From Hemiscyllium ocellatum (taxonomy: Eukaryota), in NCBI RefSeq assembly GCF_020745735.1, contig NW_026867863.1, positions 1,110,504-1,174,503 of the forward strand: a stretch of DNA of 64,000 nt. Direction: 5' to 3'. The translations under genes and the position numbers were made by a program. The notes under the pieces are model-generated. The model made no database searches and was not told the origin of the DNA. It saw nothing but the letters and a program-made list of their open reading frames with translations. Each line of letters opens with the position of its first letter. Position 1 is the first letter of the stretch. Positions 14,109-26,900 of the stretch are shown here, one piece after another.

Positions 14109-15679
14109 CCGAGTTCATAAGTGGATTATTTCAATTAATTCGAAATTTGGCCTTGGTCACCAATTCACTATAGTAGTTGTTTCCAAAAGAATGACTCTTC
14201 AGTTGATATTGTGCTGTAAAATGTAACTATTTATTTAAAAAGTAGGGATTGGGGATACCTAAAGCACTGTGCAGATTAAATTACTCAGGTTTCATTTTTC
14301 ACAGCAAACCCAGTTTAATCAGGGCTAGAACAATTAATTGACTCAGGACTCAGATTACTTGTGAAACCGATCAAAGCAGTGAAATTGATCTGTTGTTCAT
14401 CGAATTGAGCAGAATTTCCAAATTGTCTTTGCCAATCATATTTTCCAGCCAGAAAACTTGTGTGTAATATACAGCAGAATGGAAAGGCATTTCTTGATCA
14501 ATTATAACCACAGTTAAGGATTTTGTTTGCAAAGGTAACAACTTCTGGAATATTATACTTTTGAAATTCAATTTATATTTCTCTATGACTTGTTAAACTG
14601 TTTAAAGATAGACATTGTGGTTTAACTATGTAGTTGAGTTCTGAACGTGGATTGTAAAGAGTGGATTAGGTTAATCTTTAATTATTACTTCTCGTTAAGA
14701 CTCGCGCCTGAAGGTATCTGTTTTCCCTTCATTTCCAAAACCCTGCGACTTACCTTTCACGTAACGTCAAGCTTTGTGAAGTTTCATTTGGCATGCTGAT
14801 TGCATTGAATGAGAAAGAGGAAACTGGAGCGGTTCACTGACAGAAATCATGTGAACAGTGCAATAACAATGTAGAATACTCAACATAGCAAAGATCAACA
14901 AATGACAACACGATGTGTTTGCAGCAGAGCTAGCACTGCAAACAGTTTCAACAGAACCAAGAACATGATGTAACCTCACAAGAAAACCCGAACTGAAGTC
15001 TAACAGAACTGCTCAGAATCAAGTAAATTAATGATTAAATTGAACAAATAGTAACAAGTCATAACATCAGTTTTGTTTGTGAGGGGACGTAACATTTAAA
15101 GCTGTAACTTTTCCGGCAAAGGTTAGATTTATTTCCCAACTGTACACCCTTGATGATCATGACAATCTAGTGCAGCATTTTTAGGCATATAATGATTAAT
15201 CTCTTTAAGGACAAAACAAAATTTCTCTAATGGAAAAATATTAAGACAATATAAAAAATATAATATTGTAGTAAGTTAGTTTCAATTTTGTGAACTGAGC
15301 AATTCTGCAGTTGCAGAATTTAGTCCCAAATTTTATTTTGAATGAACCGACTGAAAACAAAATTCGGTTAATTTACAATTAGAAATGCGATTTTTAAAAA
15401 AAATCACCACTGTATTAAAAAGTCAAGTTTTTCATTCCTCGCGCTTCTTTATTTCTGCCTTAAGTTGGTTTTCAGACAGTTACAAACAGATGCAAATTTT
15501 TCAATCAAGCTGAGTTAAAAATGGCATACAAATTTAACAAATGCCGAAACGATTCAGGAAAACCAAAGAACTTCACAAAGATTTTCAATTAAAAGTAATC
15601 CAGAGAGACCATCTTATCGCCAGAAAGAAAACACCAATTACAGAAAGCATGAAAACACAGATCAATTGCACAAACTGAA

Positions 15680-15965
15680 TAAGAATCCAATCAACTCAAT
15701 TCAACAGATTCGAGGAAAATAAAACCAGAATCCAATCAATTGAAAACAACAGACTTAAATGAAACATAATCAGAATCTCACCAATTCAATTCAACAGAAC
15801 CAAATAAAACAATTTCAAAATTCAATCAACACACTTCAGCAAAACTAAGTAAGAGCACAGTCAGAATCCAATCAACTCATTTCAACCGAATCAACTGAAA
15901 CAAATTTAAAATCCGAACAACTCAATTCAACAGAATCAAGTCAAACGATCTTAGAATCTCAATCA
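15680..15965. repeat. Degenerate tandem repeat in JH-Cmu intron, ~6-7 units of AGAATCCAATCAACTCAATTCAACAGA
   Basis: Units visible near 15682, 15727, 15772, 15862, 15908 and 15952; orthologous array at 35700-35935. Confidence 0.75.
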
Positions 15966-16487
15966 ACAGAATGAAACATAGCCCTGCAAAAAATTATGAC
16001 AGTTTCTAACCTGCTTGTCATCAACAAAATTAGCAAAATAAAGGTGAAAATATAATCATGGTAAGAACATAATGTGTACAGGAAATATATTCAAGAAATG
16101 GATAATGATATTTTAGCATTTTTAATCATGTTTGGTAATATTTTGAACATCTTCAACTTCTTAGCATTTGTTGTCGATAAGAAAACCGATAGTCCCAGTG
16201 TCACTGTCGTTAAACATTATTTATACCTGACTGATTAAGAGACATTAAGTAACCCAGCCACACTGAAAGCCCATCGGATCGAAACAAAGAGACACTCAGA
16301 GTAACTGACTCCGTCACAACCATTATAACCACTTGCTGAGCCTTAACTGAAGTCTATAATCAGCCTGAACAAAAATTATTCCGAACCAAACCAAACTCAA
16401 GACAGAATATGAGTTTCATTTAATACAGAAATTAATCACATGAATGGAAAGTTTTTAAAAAATCACAGTTAAGGTTAAAATTCTCAC

Positions 16488-16535
16488 CTGAAGTCACTGT
16501 CACCATGGTCCCTTGGCCCCAGTCATCAAGATAGG
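16488..16535 (-). CDS. IGHJ: JH segment (cluster 1), YLDDWGQGTMVTVTS
   Basis: WGQG motif, TCAG|GTGAG splice donor, preceded by an RSS. Confidence 0.93.
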
Positions 16536-16574
16536 CACAGTGTTACATTGTCTGCACTGGGCCACATAATAACT
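16536..16574 (-). other. 23-bp-spacer recombination signal sequence of JH1
   Basis: Plus strand CACAGTG (16536-16542) + 23 nt + ATAATAACT (6/9 match to ACAAAAACC). Confidence 0.85.
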
Positions 16575-16882
16575 AGCTCTGCATAAAACAATCCAAAAAT
16601 CTCCCATTACATTTTCGGAACCACTGGCAATATTAAGTCACAATGAAGCTACATCACATGCGCTAGTGAATTCTGATCATTCTTAATAAATTTTTATGTT
16701 GTTTTATATTTCACAGAGTAACACTTGAGCTGATTCTCAAAATAACCAATTGGTGTATCAATAATTATCACCACTTTTACAAATTAAACATGCACAGAAG
16801 CCCAGAGAACTAATACTGCACTGCAAGTTAAGACGGTTTGTAGAAATAATCACTGACGTGTTGCAAACAATAGGGTCTGAAA

Positions 16883-16910
16883 GGTTTTTGTATCGATCAT
16901 AATTGCAGTG
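16883..16910 (-). other. 12-bp-spacer RSS 3' of the joined D (cluster 1)
   Basis: Minus strand CACTGCA + ATTATGATCGAT (12 nt) + perfect nonamer ACAAAAACC. Confidence 0.9.
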
Positions 16911-17232
16911 AATATCCACCTACCCACTGCTCTTGCGCAGTAATAGATGGCCGTGTCTTAGATCTTCAGGTTTCCCATGTTCAACACAAAAATGTTGTCT
17001 GAAGTCTCTTTGGACGCAGTAAATCGGCCCAATATCGCTGGTGCATAGTTTTTGTCGACTGAAGTATAGTAGTACAGCAGCCATTCCAGGCCCTTGCCAG
17101 GAACTTGTCGGACCCAGTGCATGTAGCTGCTGCCAAGATTGAACCCGCTGGTTTTACAGGTCAGTCTCAGGCTACCAGCAGGAGGGCCAGTCTCTGCCTC
17201 TGGCTGAGTCAAAACAACCTCTGACTGGACAC
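16911..17232 (-). pseudogene. IGHV: VH exon with germline-joined D(D) junction and one in-frame stop in FR3
   Basis: [108 protein letters not shown] at 16958-16960. No V-RSS after CAR; 20 nt (GCAGTGGGTAGGTGGATATT) lead directly into the 12-RSS. Confidence 0.92.
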
Positions 17233-17359
17233 CTTTGAAAAGAAAACAAATTAAATTGCAACATTAACGCTGATGAAATGATGGCTGAGTCTTTGACATT
17301 CCTGAGGTAGACTAACATTGAGACAGTATCAAAGAAAGACTTGAACAAAAAACACTCAC

Positions 17360-17408
17360 ATGATAAGAAAATCAGTAACAAACTGAGAAAAATTGTCGAT
17401 ACAATCAT
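17360..17408 (-). CDS. VH leader exon (cluster 1), MIVSTIFLSLLLIFLS
   Basis: ATG at 17408, hydrophobic signal peptide, phase-1 donor T|GTGAGT, matching acceptor ttcaaag| at 17233. Confidence 0.88.
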
Positions 17409-17459
17409 TCTGATAAATTGTGAGAAAATATTCTGTCAAGATCTTTCTAAACAAAGCCG

Positions 17460-17620
17460 ATCCAGGCGTGTTGAATTACGGTCCAGTGCCCAGGATTTAT
17501 GTGGCCATCAGAAGGGGCAGGCTGACAGCTTCCGACTCTTGGTTTCCAGTTGGAGTCTGAGACCGGATCCTGGTATCAGCTTGCACAGCCCGAAAAGATG
17601 GGTTCATGTATTTACATGAG
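17460..17620 (-). promoter_or_regulatory. Putative VH promoter, conserved with 33940-34120
   Basis: 38-nt block ttcgggctgtgcaagctgataccaggatccggtctcag is identical in both arms. Also shared: palindrome TCATGTA-NN-TACATGA and a TATA-like CATAAAT/TATTAAT ~90 nt upstream of the start codon. Confidence 0.55.
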
Positions 17621-19628
17621 ATTACGCTTGAACTTGGAGATATACACATCTTAGGATATTTGTTTTGCTGAATAGCTTCTTTGGAAGTGTTTTTTTTAAA
17701 TGGTGGAAGTAAATTTGAGTAGCTTCAGGTCTGTTTCAAATGCTAGTTGCAAGTACTTTGTTTTAAAAAATACAAAACGAATTAAATTGGAATTTAACTC
17801 CCTGTATTTCTAAATTCTTTCACAATCAGATAAAACTAAAATCAAAGTTCAAAGATATTAACAGCTAATAAAACAATTGAGCATTTTTTTTTCTGGACAC
17901 TGCAATTCTCTGTCGCACTTCAAAATAACATGTAATTCATACTAGACATTGCAAAAATCAATTTAGGCAACTGAATATATAGCGTGTTCAAAGTGACTAT
18001 ATTTAGAATATTCAATTGCAATTTAATTCTACATTCAACCACAAGCAGATAAAACTAAATAGAACTTCACTAATATTATTAGCCATCAAATTTAGTGGCG
18101 TTATTTTTACTGTCCCTCAAAGTCTCTCTGATGTTACGAAATAATACATCATTTCCAATCTGCGTTTCTGAAATCAATCTAGGCAACCTAATATAGATCA
18201 TGTCTGAAGAGATTATATTCAGAATGTGATTGTATGTCACTAAACAGTTTGGTTCCTGAGATTAGAAGCAGAATGTCTCTCCTTGCATCTTCTTTTTTGA
18301 ATTGCTTCGACCCTAAGATGCATCATAAAGGAAAGCTGTTTGCCTGAGAAACAAAAAGTGAGTTGGCACTGATATACAACACCCAGGTAACCTTTTAAAA
18401 GAACATCTAATGAACTAGAACAAGCCAGTCCATTAGTTAAAGCAAAATCCTCAAAATCTAAACCATTGCAGGTAACTGTCTGGGTACATCAGGAGTGTTT
18501 TGTTATATTAGTGCGTATTTCAATAATAATTACCACGAATGTTGGTCATAAACAGTACATTTCTCTGCTCACTGATAGGGACAGTTAACTCGTAACAATC
18601 AGCAAACATTCGGCGTTACATTACACCTGTATTAACCAAGTATAAAAGGGCCCATTTCGTTTTAATGAGGTGCATGAATCAGAGAATCGTGCATTAAGTG
18701 ATGTGAGTTTGAACCAATTCGTATTTGTCAATTTATTTTGAAATAAAAATAACAAATGTTACTGCAACGTGGGATTTTGGTCAATTAATTTCATATTCAG
18801 AAGCTTTAAATATACTGAATAAATGGGCTGAACTAACCAGAACGTAATTGCATTCAATTTCCTGTTTTCTCATAATCATACGGTGAATGCTGTATTCAGT
18901 GACTTTCCTTTCAAAAGAAGAAATGCAAAGTGGAATGTGTCCATTGTGAGAAAATGGGAAAATATAGTTTGGTAGGATCTTATTTTGGTTGCTTCATTTC
19001 GTCTTTTGATGCAATACTTGGCAGCAAATAACCTAACTGCCGAAAAGGTCCTTGAGTTCCCAGTTTCATTTACTGGAGTTTCTGCAGTGGATCAAAGATA
19101 TTTTGACTCATTGTTGCCGAGGTGGTGGAAAGCCAATTGCAAACTATCTCCACAGAATCAATTCTGCACAGCAACAAAGCTGGTGAACATTTTATTTTTA
19201 AGTTATGTGTCTTGGAGAACTCGTCCCTCCTCTCATTGAAACAAGAATTCGCGAAGTCTCAGACACAATATAAACGTCAACAGTTCATTCTAGGATCATG
19301 ACAACACTGTTCAATATTGAGAAAAAAAGATAAATAGTCGCAGAGTCATGGAGTGATTAAGCATGGAAACAGAAACTTTGGTCCAGCCAGTCCATGCCAG
19401 TATTATCCCAAACTAAACTGATCCCACCTGTGTGTACTTGGCCCATATCCTTCCAAATGTTTGATATTCATTTACTTATCCAAATGTCGTCTGAAAGTTT
19501 TAACAGTGCCCGCCACAAACCATTCTCTGTGAAAAAGCTGTCTCCGTTATATATTTTACATTGTTTCTCCTCTCATAATAAAAATATGTCACCTACTGTT
19601 GAAATCCACCAACAGAGTGAAAATACAG

Positions 19629-19915
19629 TGGGCGGCATGGTGGCTCGGTGGTTATCACTGCTGACTCACAGTGCCAGAGACCCGGGTTCAATTCCCGATT
19701 CAGGTGACTGACTGTGTGGAGTTTGCACATTCTCCCCGTGTCTGCTTGGGTTTCCTCTGGGTGCTCCAGTTTCCTCCCACAGTCCAAAAATGTGCAGGTT
19801 AGGTGAATTGGCCACGCTAACTTGTCCTTCGTGTTAGGTGTACGGGAATGGGTCTGGGTGGGTGTGTGTCGGTGTGGGCTTGTTGGGCCGAAGGACCTGT
19901 TTCCACACTGTACGT
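19629..19915 (+). mobile_element. tRNA-derived SINE, left arm only
   Basis: gggcggcatggtggctcggtggttatcactgctg...gggttcaattccc; absent from the orthologous site near 31870. Confidence 0.85.
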
Positions 19916-19924
19916 AATGTAATA

Positions 19925-21740
19925 TGCCAATATCTTAGTCAAAACTTGAAGACAATCCCAGCTCCAAACATTTACAAAATATCATTTGGATCATCCTTGT
20001 GCCCAAAAAAGATCTCACCTTTAATCAATGGTTTCTAAAAGTTGCTTGTGTATCTGTCGTAAAGGACGTTTTCCTAAACTTCTGAAGTGCAAATTGTTCA
20101 CATCCATCGGATTAAAGTAACATTTCGTGAATTACCCCACACACAAAAAAAATCAAGCAAATTTGTTAAAACGAGTTGCTCTGAGGAAGTGTACGATGGA
20201 TTCATTTATCAAACTAAATCATTTCCAATATTGTGAGGCCTCGTCTATCTTCTGTACAATGGTCTAAATTGTAAGTTGTGGATCTGACTGCAGATGAAAC
20301 TGATTTGTGTAGAAGTATGGTTTGAGTCTTTCACATTGTTAATATTTATTGCTGACTTTATTTGATTGGAGGGACGTTGTACCAGGCATCGTTTGGCACC
20401 ATCATATACACCATTAATTTCCACATCGCTGGTGTCATGTACAGTTTATTGATATGTGATGCTTTGAAACGAAAGCTTTGAAAATTTCCGGTATGAATCA
20501 TGTCAAGAAGAGCTATTCGCCATTCCACTCATGGCTTTATAGACTTACATGTAGTCACTCCCAACCCCGAACTCTCAACCTCCAGTGAAAAATGTTCAAG
20601 TCTATCTGGATTTCCAACATTGATTCTGTTCCCGCACATTCCGTTGTTAAAGATCCTCCTGCCGCCCCAGGTCCACAGACAGCGTCCCTTGATACGAGTT
20701 CAAAGAAGTGAAAGGAAGTTGTCCCACTATATTGTTTAATTTTATTTGGCTTCAAAAATAAATATTCATGTTATTGCTGATTTATTGGAGAATGCAATGT
20801 GCCAGTATTTGCTGAAATACATGCAGCACCATCCTGAACCTGATTTGCAGGTTCACCTGCTGCTCACATACGCAAGTGGGCATCAGGGAACAGTGAACAT
20901 TGCCCATCCCCACAACAACCCACCGACACACACAACCTCCCCTGTACTTTGCACTTTGTGAATTGCATATTTTTAATAATCAATTAATCGGAAGTGGTTT
21001 TTAAAACTTATTTACTTCATGTTGCTGATCTTGGCAAGATAAACGTATGTTGCTGTCAGCTTTTCTGGAGAGCATGTCTGCATTTTTCACATGTCATTTC
21101 CATTGATTCATGTTGCTGATCTTGGCTAAACAAACGTACGTTGCTATCACCATTTCGGGGGAAAATGTCTGCATTTTTCTCCTTTAAGTCAAGAATACTC
21201 AAAACGTCTTGAGAAACATCTACCCCTTCTTTTTCCCCATAAGCCAGGATTTACAACATTGGAAATCATATCTATGATGAAAGTGGATTAGACCCTACGC
21301 AATGTTCCCAAATATTTACTTGAAGTGCGATCACCAACAGGTTTGTGGACAACATACTTTAAAGTGGGTGTCAGCTGGAAAGGTCTGTTTTCAGGTGGCA
21401 CAGGTGCGATGGGCGAAGCGGTCTCTCATTGTCGTGAAAGATTTCTACAACTCTAAATTCATCTTGCCTACTTTGTCTAATTCAGAGGCTCTAATTCAAA
21501 TGATTCATTCCGGAAACATTCCAAGCCTTCGTTTTAATGATGTCACATGTCTATAAATTCCACCTGACACTCCAGCTCGCGATGTGGAAAATAATGGTCT
21601 AATTAATGGTGCCAGATGATGCCTAAGACAACATTCCTTTATTCAACTAAAGTCAGCAATATTAATTAACAAATCGAAAAGCACAAACTGTGCTTTTACC
21701 CAGTTTCACCTGCAGTCAGACCCAAAATTCAAACCATTAA
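19925..21740. repeat. Fold-back structure (inverted arms around a core), second arm truncated
   Basis: 21470-21740 is the reverse complement of ~20240-20520; complete version at 29718-31865. Confidence 0.75.
21016..21183. repeat. ~91-bp tandem duplication, left arm only
   Basis: ttcatgttgctgatcttggc... starts at 21016 and again at 21107; single copy near 30680-30770. Confidence 0.75.
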
Positions 21741-24529
21741 AGCTCTCACAGCACTCATCCATTCAACACTGAAACGGTTGTTCAAAGATATTTTGCATAT
21801 GTGTGTGTGCATGAGTGTGCCTGTTCATTATAAGCTACTCAACATTACAAAATCAGAAAGACAAGAGTAGGGGTTCAAGCCCCTTTACACTGCTACATCA
21901 AATGATTTCCATGATTGTACAGTCGATGTATGTGCTGGGTAAATCTCCCTCCATATTGCACTGTCCAATGCATCATATCAAATACATTTTGGTTTATAGT
22001 AGAACTGCATCCAGGATTCCCTGAAAAAAATCCTCCCAGAGCAGGCACAACACAGAATCGATACAGAATAAATCGCCTTGTAGAATATTAAACATTCCAT
22101 GAGATATGCAGAAAAGGTTAAATATAGGCTAAATATGCATTACGCTGAGCCATTAAACATTCCTCAGCCAAGAATTATACTGGTGAGATAAAATGATAAC
22201 ACTAACACAGTAAAGTTTTGCAGCCTCAACCATTTACAGGTCACTCAATACTCAGACAGATTTTCGAGAACATCTTGCCCTACTGATTCAAATCACTGTG
22301 AAGAAAAGGATGAATTTGGCTGAGAGGATATGTTGATGAGGTGTTGACTTCATGTTATTGAGGAAAACCTTGACTGACTGTGGAGAGGCAAAACAAGACA
22401 TCAGCTTTAAAGACAAAAGGGGGCAAGGCAGGAGGGGAAGAGAGAAAGAGAGAGACTGAAACATTGGTTGTGCCAATATATCTCTTAATTTTTTTTGACT
22501 AAACATGACAATTGATACCTCTGTCATTTAAGAATCATACATCCTATGTATCAAAACGGTCCAACATAAATTACTATTGGAATGCATTCAGTTATTTGCA
22601 TTTTTTGCCAATAATCGTGCTTTGTGTTTGTGGGGAAATACAAATTGGGGTTTTGTTGTTCTGTAATCTATTCTGAGAGTTCTATTTCTGTGTTAAGTTA
22701 CAGAAATGCTTAATTGGTTTCATGGAAGTGTTGATGACAGCAAAGCCAGATGAACGAAATAATTTACTGGTAAGTTTTAATTCGAAACAAGTTTATTTAA
22801 GAATGTTGACAGTTTGCAGAAAGGAATACAAATTAATGAACATTAATTGTAAGAGATGCTATTTATTTCAGGAAATTAAACACAATTTAACACTTTTATT
22901 TAGATTAAGAATTCCGTTCTGAAAGTTCTGCAATTAAACGTCTCTGTCCAACTACTCTGAATGTCCCATTGATTTATATTGTAGTCCGTTTAGACAGGAA
23001 AATATCAAAAGGTGCAACACAGCTCAAAGTGCATTTTAGAATATTCATGTAAAATATTTGAAGTGACATCAGGAACTGCCGCAACAACTACATTTAATTG
23101 ATGTAGTTGTTGCGAGATATCATCAAGCATTATTGATATAGTTGTTGCTAGGTTTCATCACGCATATATTTTCTTATATTCTTTCCTAAAATGTTGACAT
23201 TGCTGGCAAGGTCAGCAATGAGTCCCTATCCCCGAACGCCCATTGTATAGCTTGTGAAGGCCACTTCAGAACGCAATGAATTACTTCCCGATTGCTCCGG
23301 AATCTCATGTCGGCCAGATCAGGTAAAGGCGATAGACGACTTTCCTAATTCATTAGTGAACCAGCTGATTTTGTATTTTTTCCATTGACTTTGATAACAT
23401 TGCCACCATTCGGCTTTTTTTCTGATTCCATGATTTCTTTGAATTCGAATTTCACCCTGGGAAAACGATGGTATTCCAAACCCTGTCCATTCAGCATCAA
23501 AATTGAGTTCGGGAAAACTGGTCTCGTGATATCACCACTGTGTTCCTAATTTTGGAAATGCAGGAGGCATGCACGGAAAGCGGTCACAAACAGAAATGCA
23601 ATAATACGGACACTTTGTATAATGAACCAATATTGAACTGGAATACTGGCAAGAGTTATATTTCTGTTTACAGCAACGTCACAGGAGACCATTCATCCAA
23701 TCATTTATCTTAAAATCTCTATCGGACTGTCTGAGCAGCCTGACTCCCTTGCTACATAATTCCCACATTTGTATTCTGCTTCTCTTTCAGATTTCCATAC
23801 TCCACCACAAATTCCACTTTTTGACTTCTTGTTTGAAATATGAAAATGTCAGTCACATATCTCAAGAAGGTGGTCATCAGCTACTTTTTTGAAAGCCTAC
23901 CATCTTGCTTGGGTAATTATGGTTGATCTTTCTGAAGAAGATTTATTACAACTGATTGACTTCTTATTCGAGAGTGTCGTGCTGGAAAAGTACAGCAGAT
24001 CAGGCACAATCCGACGAGCAGAAGAATTGATGTTTCGGGCATAATCCCTTAATTAGGATACCTAATGCTGCCTAATCTGCTGTGCTTTTCCAGCATTGCA
24101 CTCTCGACTTTGAGCTCCAACATATGCAGTCCTCACTTTATGCTAATGGATTTCTGAGTCAGATTTGGCACAGGAAAGGAACCGTCATCTTATTGTTGGA
24201 CTGGTAGGCCAGGCCAAGTCGACAGGGCAGACGTTCCCCTCTGAAGGACAATACTGGAACATGTAATGTGCATCAAAACTGTGGTAAGTCTGTGATTATC
24301 GTTCATTACACCAGCAGTTTCATTTCAAATCCTTTCATTAATTAAAGTTGCCATGCTAGAGGTTGAAATCTTGATTCTGGAACTTTACTCCAAGCTTTTT
24401 GATTGTTTATTAAGTACTCGTAATGCCCCCTCAAACACTTAATCGAGCTATCATGTTTGCGACGAATAGTTATTTTATTGACTCATGGGATGTGGTGGTT
24501 GTTATTAGCCGTTTGTCGGTATCCTTCAG

Positions 24530-26900
24530 AAGATAGCATTAAGTTGCGTTTCTGAAATACCATGTTCAACGTGCCCTGAGGAAGGGAATGCCAGATTTTG
24601 ACCCAGCTACAGTAAAGGATAGATGATATATTTCCATGTCAAGATGCAGAGTGGTTTAGAGAGGAGCTTACAGTTCTGTTATTCCCATGTATCTCCTGCT
24701 CTTGTTTTTCGAGTTGCAATTGGGAGTAGGAAGTTACTCTCTAAGGAAGTGGCCAAATGACTGCAGTGTAGTTTTTTAGATAATGCATATGGCAGGAACT
24801 GAACATCAGATCTGGGGCAATGGACGCTTGTGAACATGCTGCTGATCAAGTGGGATGCTTTGTCCTGGACATTGCCAAGCTTCTTGACAGCAGTTAAACA
24901 TGCTCCTATCCAATAAAAGGTAGAGCTGTGCTATTACAGTCCTGACTTCTGTCTTTTCTACAGTCAATTCTTTATGCGAGTCAGGAGGGTGAGTTACTCG
25001 CTGCAGTAATCCTAGCCTCTGGCCTGCTCTTACAACCAATGTATTTATATGAAGTTTCCAATTCAATTTCTAATCAACAAAAAAACCCAGGATGTTGATG
25101 GTGAGAGATTCAATAATGGTAACAATATCATGGGGTTTTAGTTAGATTGTCTCTGATGGTCGCTGATTATTGTCTGGCAGTTTTGTGGTGTGAATGCTAC
25201 TTGCCAATTGTCAGCACAAGTATGGATATTGTACAGATCTTCTGGCATTTGACTGTGGACTAATTCCGTGTGCGAGGAGTCAAAAAAAGTGCACTTTTCA
25301 TTTCTAACCATCTGATGGAGGAAATGTCATTGATGAATTAGCTGAAGATGGATGGCCCGAGGACACTTTCTTGAAGAACTCTGACAGAGATTTGCTTCGG
25401 CTGAATTGAGTGACCTTCAGCAACCAGAACCATCGTCCAATGTCTGTCCAGGCAGCGGGGAGTTTGTCACTTAATATCCATTGATTCCAGTTTTGCCAGG
25501 GCTCCATAATACCTTACTCTGTCAAATTTGACTTGATTATCAAAGGCTGTCACTCTCCCATCATTTCTGGAATTCAGTTCTTTCTCCATGTTTGCATCAA
25601 GTCTGTAATTCAGACAAGAGCTGAGTTGGCCTTTCTAATCCACATTGAGCATCACCGAGCAGATTATTGCTGGGCCATTGTTGCTTGATAGCATCGTTGA
25701 TAGCACCTTCCTACACCTAACTCAAGATTGGGCTTGGACTGATGGGGCAGTAATTCGTCAGGATGGTTTGTCCTATTTTCAGTGCACAGGACATGCCTGA
25801 CCTATTTTCCATGTTGTCGAGTCGATTCCAGTGTAGTAGCTGTACTGGGACTGCTTGGCTAGCAGAAGTCAACAGTATTATTGTAATAATTTTGTCAGGC
25901 TCCATAGCATTTGCAGTAACGAGAGTCCCAACAATGTCTTGAAATCACATGGAGGGAAGCAATTTCCCTGAAGACAGGTATCTGTAATATTGGTGGTCAT
26001 TGGAAGATGCCAAGATGGATAATACAATTGGCACTTCATGCTAAAGATTGTTGTGAATGCTGCAGCCTTACATTTTGCACTGATATGTTATGCTATCTAT
26101 CACAGAGCATGGGAATATCTGTGGAACCTATTCCTCGAATGAGTTGTTTAATTAAAAACCATAATTCACGACCTGATGTGGCAGCACTGCGGTCTGAGAC
26201 CCGAGTTTCCTGAATTAATAGTCAAACCACAATACCTGGAAACTATCGTCCACACCTAACTCACCACATGATGTGGCTATGCACAACAAGAGATCGCTTA
26301 CCTTTTGTGTTTTGTAGGTTCCAACTGTGCATCGTATATTTGCTTAAATTGTTAGTCTCGAAAATGCTTTATTTCACAGACCTCAGGATATAATATTACG
26401 TTTTCAATTCATTCTTCTGTCGGAAAGGCAAGTCATCGATGTCATACTGTATTCCAAGGATTTCCTCCTCCTCAATTGCAAAACTAAACGTTTTTCACCT
26501 TATCTTTGATCTTACTCATCAAAATTGCTACATTCTTGACGAGATCATTAATATACACTGCAAACAGCAAAGAATCCAACACAAAGTCTTATAACAAGCC
26601 ACTGGACAAGATATGTCTTCATAAAGATTACCGTCGACCATTACCCTCGACCTTCTGCCACCAACTAAACCTTCGATGCATTTGCCAAACTGCAAAAGAT
26701 CCCATGAACTCTTTACTTTACTGAAGATACAAGCTCTTGTCAAAAACCTCATTGAAGTCAAGAAGCATTTCATTCATTTTTGACACTCGTTGACAAATCT
26801 CATTACCTCTTCGGAAAGCAGAATCAACCATGTCCGATATGATATCACTTCCACCAAAGACATGCTGAATTTTAATGTTTAAAACTTGCAATTCCAACTG
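24530..26900 (-). mobile_element. Old CR1/L2-type LINE RT fragments in the spacer
   Basis: WKLHINTLVVRAGQRLGLLQRV, shifted GVPQGS-like region near 25350, and RRSRVMVDG near 26650. Confidence 0.6.

Larger units (their letters stand above)
3722..21740 (-). repeat. Left arm of a large diverged inverted duplication (IgM cluster 1)
   Basis: Collinear reverse-complement anchors: 3722~45497, Cmu1~44959-45254, 10310~41525, 12250~39560, 14110~37670, JH~35150, leader~34170, 19930~31860, 21738~30045. Confidence 0.92.

Noticed and set aside
15680-15965. Repeat-spacer pattern resembling a CRISPR array
   Set aside because: Vertebrate DNA, degenerate units, and related rather than unique spacers.
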